Assembly: GCA_964649335.1 (NCBI GenBank)
Contig: CAZYPI010000005.1
Span: 1-37,403 of the forward strand
From: an uncultured Rikenellaceae bacterium
GTDB taxonomy: Bacteria; Bacteroidota; Bacteroidia; Bacteroidales; VadinHA17
DNA length: 37,403 bases
Direction: 5' to 3'
The notes below the pieces were generated by a model. It ran no database searches. It was given only the letters and a program-made list of their open reading frames with translations, and was not told where the DNA came from. The position numbers and the translations under genes are program-made. Shown piece after piece: positions 33,613 to 37,403 of this stretch. Position 1 is the stretch's first letter. Each line of letters starts with the position of its first letter.

Positions 33613-36054
33613 ATGAAAATATTAAAATTCGGAGGATCTTCCCTGGCTTGTGCCGGGTGCATAAAAAGAGTGAAAAGGATCATTCTCAGCCGTATTAATC
33701 CTGCCGGCATGGTGGTTGTCCTGTCGGCCATGGGGAATACGACCGATCTGCTGAGCCGTGCGGGAGAGTTGGCGGCCGCCGGCGATGAGGCCTGGTCCGC
33801 GCCACTGAAAGAGATCGAAGACAAGCACATCCGGTGGATCCATGACCTGATCCCCGTAACCAGTCAGAGCCGTATCCTCTCCCGTGTAAAGAAGATCCTG
33901 AACGACCTGGAAGATCTGACCAACGGGATTTTCCTGACGCGCGACCTGTCCATAAAAACACGTGACAAGTTGCTGGGATTCGGAGAGATCCTCTCCTCGC
34001 TCATCCTCTACGAGGCCCTGAAAGCGGACGATCTCTCCGTCAATCTGCTTAATGCCCGTGATCTGATACGTACCGATGACAAGTTCGGGCAGGCCGTGGT
34101 GAATATGGAGATCACCTACAAGCTCCTGCGCCGGCATATAAAAAAAGGCAACAACTACATCATGCCCGGGTTTATTGCCTCTACCATGACGGATATACCC
34201 ACCACACTGGGCCGGAACGGATCAGACTATACGGCAGCGTTGGTTGCCGGCGCACTGAAAGCCAAAGAGCTGGAGATATGGACCGATGTTTCGGGCGTGA
34301 TGACTGCCGATCCGAGGATAGTAAAACAGGCCCGTCCCATTGAAAGCCTCACTTACGAAGAAGCCATGGAGCTCTCCACCTTCGGCGCCAGGATCATCCA
34401 TCCGCCGGCCATACAGCCCCTCCTGCACGAAGGCATCGACATACGTATCCTCAACACCTTCGCCCCGGATGACCCGGGCACACTCATTACCAACAATATC
34501 CGGGGACATGAACACCCCGTAAAGGGAATATCCGGTATCGACCGTCTGGTGCTGCTCACCCTCTCGGGCACCAGTGTCTCCGGCCCCTCGGGCATCGCCG
34601 CACGCCTGTTCCGCCTGCTGAGCAACCAGTCGGTGGATGTGGTCTTCCTCACCCAGGCCTCCTCCGAATACTCCATCACCTTCGGGATCCCCGAAGACCA
34701 CCTCGACCTGGTCCTCTCTCTCATACGCGATGAGTTCTCCCTGGAGATGAAATACAACCGCATTAATCCCGTGGAGGTGGAGACCAATCTCGCCATGGTC
34801 GCCCTCGTGGGAAACAACATGAAACGCAGCATAGGCCTCTCCGGAAAGACTTTCTCGGCGTTGGGACGCAACGGCGTAAACGTGATCGCCATCGCACAGG
34901 GATCCACCGAAAGAAATATCTCGGTGGTCGTCAGCAGGAAAGACCTCAAAAAAGCCATGAATGTCCTGCATGAAACATTCTTCCTGTCACAATACAGAAA
35001 AGTCAACCTCTTTGTCGTGGGTGTGGGAAATGTTGGAAAGACCCTGTTGCAGCAGATCGCAGCACAGAGAACATATATGCAGGAAGAGTTCTCTATCGTA
35101 TTCACCCTGGCCGGTGTTGCCAACAGCCGCAAGATGCTGCTCGACTACGACGGGATCAATCTGGACAACTGGGAAAAACAACTCGATGAAAAGGGAAAAC
35201 CCACGGACATGGCTGCGTTCGTCAGAAAAATAAAAAACTATAACCTCCGCAACAGCGTCTTTGTGGACAATACGGCCAGCGCCGAAATACCCGGATGGTA
35301 TGAAGAGATCCTGAACGCCAGCGTCTCTGTCGTCGCCTCCAATAAAACAGGTATAGCGGCCGACTATCCCGTATATCTGAAAAACCGGAACCTCGCGAGA
35401 AAAAGAAATGTGTCCCTGCTCTTTGAAACCAATGTGGGCGCCGGACTGCCCGTGATCAAAACCATGAACGACCTGGTACAAAGCGGCGACCGGATACTGC
35501 GCATTGAAGCGGTTTTGTCAGGGACCCTGAACTTTATCTTCAACCATTTCAATGAACACCATCCTTTCTCGGAAACAGTAAGAGAAGCCATGCGAAAAGG
35601 CCTTACCGAACCGGACCCGCGTATTGACCTCAGCGGAGAGGATGTAGCACGGAAAATACTGATCCTGGCACGCGAGGCAGGCGCTGTGATGAACATCGGA
35701 GAAGTGAAAAGAGATGCTTTCCTTCCCGGCGAGTGCCTGCAGGCAAAAACGCCGGATGAGTTCCTGGCATTGCTGGAAAAACATGACGGTTATTTTGAGC
35801 GGATCAGGAAAGAGGCGGCAAACGAAGGCAAAAGCCTGCGTTATGTGGCCGAGTATGAGGAAGGAAAAGCCTCCATCGGCCTGAAAAAGGTAGCTCCTGT
35901 CCACCCTTTCCATCACCTGGCCGGAAAAGACAATATCCTGCTGATCACCACCGAGAGATACAAATCGCAACCCCTGGTGATCCAGGGTGCCGGCGCCGGC
36001 GCCGAAGTCACCGCCGCCGGCGTGTTCGGCGATATCATGCGGACAGTACACTGA
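33613..36054 (+). CDS. thrA: Bifunctional aspartate kinase / homoserine dehydrogenase
   Basis: MKILKFGGSS, TLGRNGSDY, WTDVSG, two ACT domains, GVGNVG, ETNVGAGLP, SGTLNF, EPDPRIDLSG and GAGAGAEVTA. Alternative in-frame ATGs lie at 33586 and 33607. Confidence 0.96.
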   Translation: MKILKFGGSSLACAGCIKRVKRIILSRINPAGMVVVLSAMGNTTDLLSRAGELAAAGDEAWSAPLKEIEDKHIRWIHDLIPVTSQSRILSRVKKILNDLEDLTNGIFLTRDLSIKTRDKLLGFGEILSSLILYEALKADDLSVNLLNARDLIRTDDKFGQAVVNMEITYKLLRRHIKKGNNYIMPGFIASTMTDIPTTLGRNGSDYTAALVAGALKAKELEIWTDVSGVMTADPRIVKQARPIESLTYEEAMELSTFGARIIHPPAIQPLLHEGIDIRILNTFAPDDPGTLITNNIRGHEHPVKGISGIDRLVLLTLSGTSVSGPSGIAARLFRLLSNQSVDVVFLTQASSEYSITFGIPEDHLDLVLSLIRDEFSLEMKYNRINPVEVETNLAMVALVGNNMKRSIGLSGKTFSALGRNGVNVIAIAQGSTERNISVVVSRKDLKKAMNVLHETFFLSQYRKVNLFVVGVGNVGKTLLQQIAAQRTYMQEEFSIVFTLAGVANSRKMLLDYDGINLDNWEKQLDEKGKPTDMAAFVRKIKNYNLRNSVFVDNTASAEIPGWYEEILNASVSVVASNKTGIAADYPVYLKNRNLARKRNVSLLFETNVGAGLPVIKTMNDLVQSGDRILRIEAVLSGTLNFIFNHFNEHHPFSETVREAMRKGLTEPDPRIDLSGEDVARKILILAREAGAVMNIGEVKRDAFLPGECLQAKTPDEFLALLEKHDGYFERIRKEAANEGKSLRYVAEYEEGKASIGLKKVAPVHPFHHLAGKDNILLITTERYKSQPLVIQGAGAGAEVTAAGVFGDIMRTVH

Positions 36055-36081
36055 TTTCCTTTTAATTTATAATCATATTCT

Positions 36082-37008
36082 ATGGATTCCTTGAAAATAT
36101 TTGTGCCGGCCACCGTCTCCAACGTAACTTGCGGATTTGACATCCTGGGTTTCCCTGTGGAAGCCCCCGGCGATATCATGACTTTTCGTAAAACAACGAA
36201 AAAGGAAGTACGTATAACGCATATCAGCGGTGCGGATCATCTCCCCTATGAAACCCATCGTAACATCGCCGGCATCGTAGCACAAAAGATGCTGGAAGAC
36301 AACGGCATGCCTTTCGGTCTGGAGATAACACTCGATAAAGGCATCATGCCGGGCAGCGGGATCGGCTCCAGCGGCGCCAGTGCTTCCGGCACGGCCTTTG
36401 CCGTCAACAGGCTGCTGGACAATCCTTACACCGACATAGAGCTGGTACCCTACGCCATGCTGGGGGAGATCAGCGCCTCCGGCACACGCCATGCCGACAA
36501 TGTGGCTCCGGCACTCTACGGAGGCATCGTCCTGATCCGCAGTTATGAACCGCTCGATATCATCCGCCTCGACTCTCCCGAAGACCTCTATTGTACGATC
36601 TTCCACCCCCTGGTGGAAATAAAAACCAGCGATGCCCGCGCCATCCTCAGAAAAAACCTCCCCCTGGACAAAGCCGTCAGACAATGGGGCAATGTGGCAG
36701 GATTGGTCACCGGCCTCCTGAAAAATGACTACCACCTGATAGCCCGCTCCATGGAAGACGTCGTGGCTGAACCGGTACGCTCGCTGCTGATACCCGATTA
36801 TGATAAACTCAAACCCGCAGCCATGGACCACGGCGCCCTGGGTTTCGGCATCTCCGGATCCGGACCGGCGGTCTTTGCCCTCTCACGGGGAGAAGAGACC
36901 GCCCGAAAAGTCAGGGAAGCCATGACCCGCGCTTATCAGTCCACCGGCATCAAATTCAATACATATGTATCTAGAATTGCAAAACAAGGGGCAAAAATAG
37001 TTTCCTGA
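36082..37008 (+). CDS. thrB: Homoserine kinase
   Basis: PATVSNVTCGFD, GHMP motif PGSGIGSSGAS, HADNVAP and ISGSGP. Confidence 0.95.
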   Translation: MDSLKIFVPATVSNVTCGFDILGFPVEAPGDIMTFRKTTKKEVRITHISGADHLPYETHRNIAGIVAQKMLEDNGMPFGLEITLDKGIMPGSGIGSSGASASGTAFAVNRLLDNPYTDIELVPYAMLGEISASGTRHADNVAPALYGGIVLIRSYEPLDIIRLDSPEDLYCTIFHPLVEIKTSDARAILRKNLPLDKAVRQWGNVAGLVTGLLKNDYHLIARSMEDVVAEPVRSLLIPDYDKLKPAAMDHGALGFGISGSGPAVFALSRGEETARKVREAMTRAYQSTGIKFNTYVSRIAKQGAKIVS

Positions 37009-37040
37009 TCAAATTTGTTTGATTAAATTTACACCGGATC

Positions 37041-37403
37041 ATGAAATATATCAGCACCAACAAATCAGCGCCGCCTGTTTCCTTCCGGGAAGCGGTGATC
37101 CTAGGGCAGGCTCCCGACAGGGGGTTGTTTGTCCCTGAAGATATCCCCGTTTTTCCGGAGATCTTTTTCCGCGAACTGCCTGATCTGAGCTGGGCGGAGA
37201 TCGCTTTCAGGGTGGCCAGGCCCTACACCGAAAACGACCTCCCCGATGATGTGCTGTGGAATATCATCACCGGCGCACTCAATTTTAACATCCCGCTGAT
37301 ACACCTCCATGACCAATACCATATCCTGGAGCTGTTTCACGGACCCACCCTGGCTTTCAAAGATGTGGGAGCCCGTTTTATGGCCCGCTGCATGGCTTAT
37401 TTC
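37041..37403 (+). CDS. thrC: Threonine synthase (N-terminal part, truncated by the window edge)
   Basis: MKYISTN...GQAPDRGLFVP...LELFHGPTLAFKDVGARFMA (PLP lysine); the frame is open to the end of the window. Confidence 0.95.
   Translation, partial: MKYISTNKSAPPVSFREAVILGQAPDRGLFVPEDIPVFPEIFFRELPDLSWAEIAFRVARPYTENDLPDDVLWNIITGALNFNIPLIHLHDQYHILELFHGPTLAFKDVGARFMARCMAYF

Overview
A housekeeping-rich window from a Bacteroidota (probably Bacteroidales-like) chromosome. The assignment rests on type III glutamine synthetase, a Bacteroidota-type PurM, DUF2851, a PorE-like OmpA protein, and many TAnnTTTG (-7) promoter boxes without Shine-Dalgarno motifs. Gene order: patB/malY-carA, flavin reductase, two tandem TlpA lipoproteins-lpxH, a divergent membrane pyrophosphatase (hppA, minus strand), a carboxypeptidase-regulatory-domain protein, glnA(III), PorE-like protein-purM, prfA-TIM-barrel lipoprotein-pyrF-DUF2851, K+ channel, rpsO-pnp, a membrane protein, prolyl oligopeptidase, deoxynucleoside kinase, a TPR lipoprotein, a SpoU methylase (minus), sucC, an RDD protein (minus), a beta-barrel protein, and thrA-thrB-thrC (thrC truncated). 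I found no CRISPR array, tRNA, rRNA, transposase or phage gene, and no multi-gene novel system that I can support. The best signals are small and cis-acting: (1) rpsO has AAG where the initiating ATG should be; (2) an unannotated Thr/Met-rich leader peptide whose stop codon sits in the loop of a terminator-like hairpin before thrABC; (3) twin TACCCCCTC palindromes, one straddling the -33 box of glnA; (4) a structured glnA 3'UTR; (5) a pair of long C/G-rich inverted repeats (REPIN/MITE-like) between the methylase and sucC; (6) REP-like hairpins and heptamer tracts flanking patB-carA; (7) a T15 tract inside a lipoprotein promoter.
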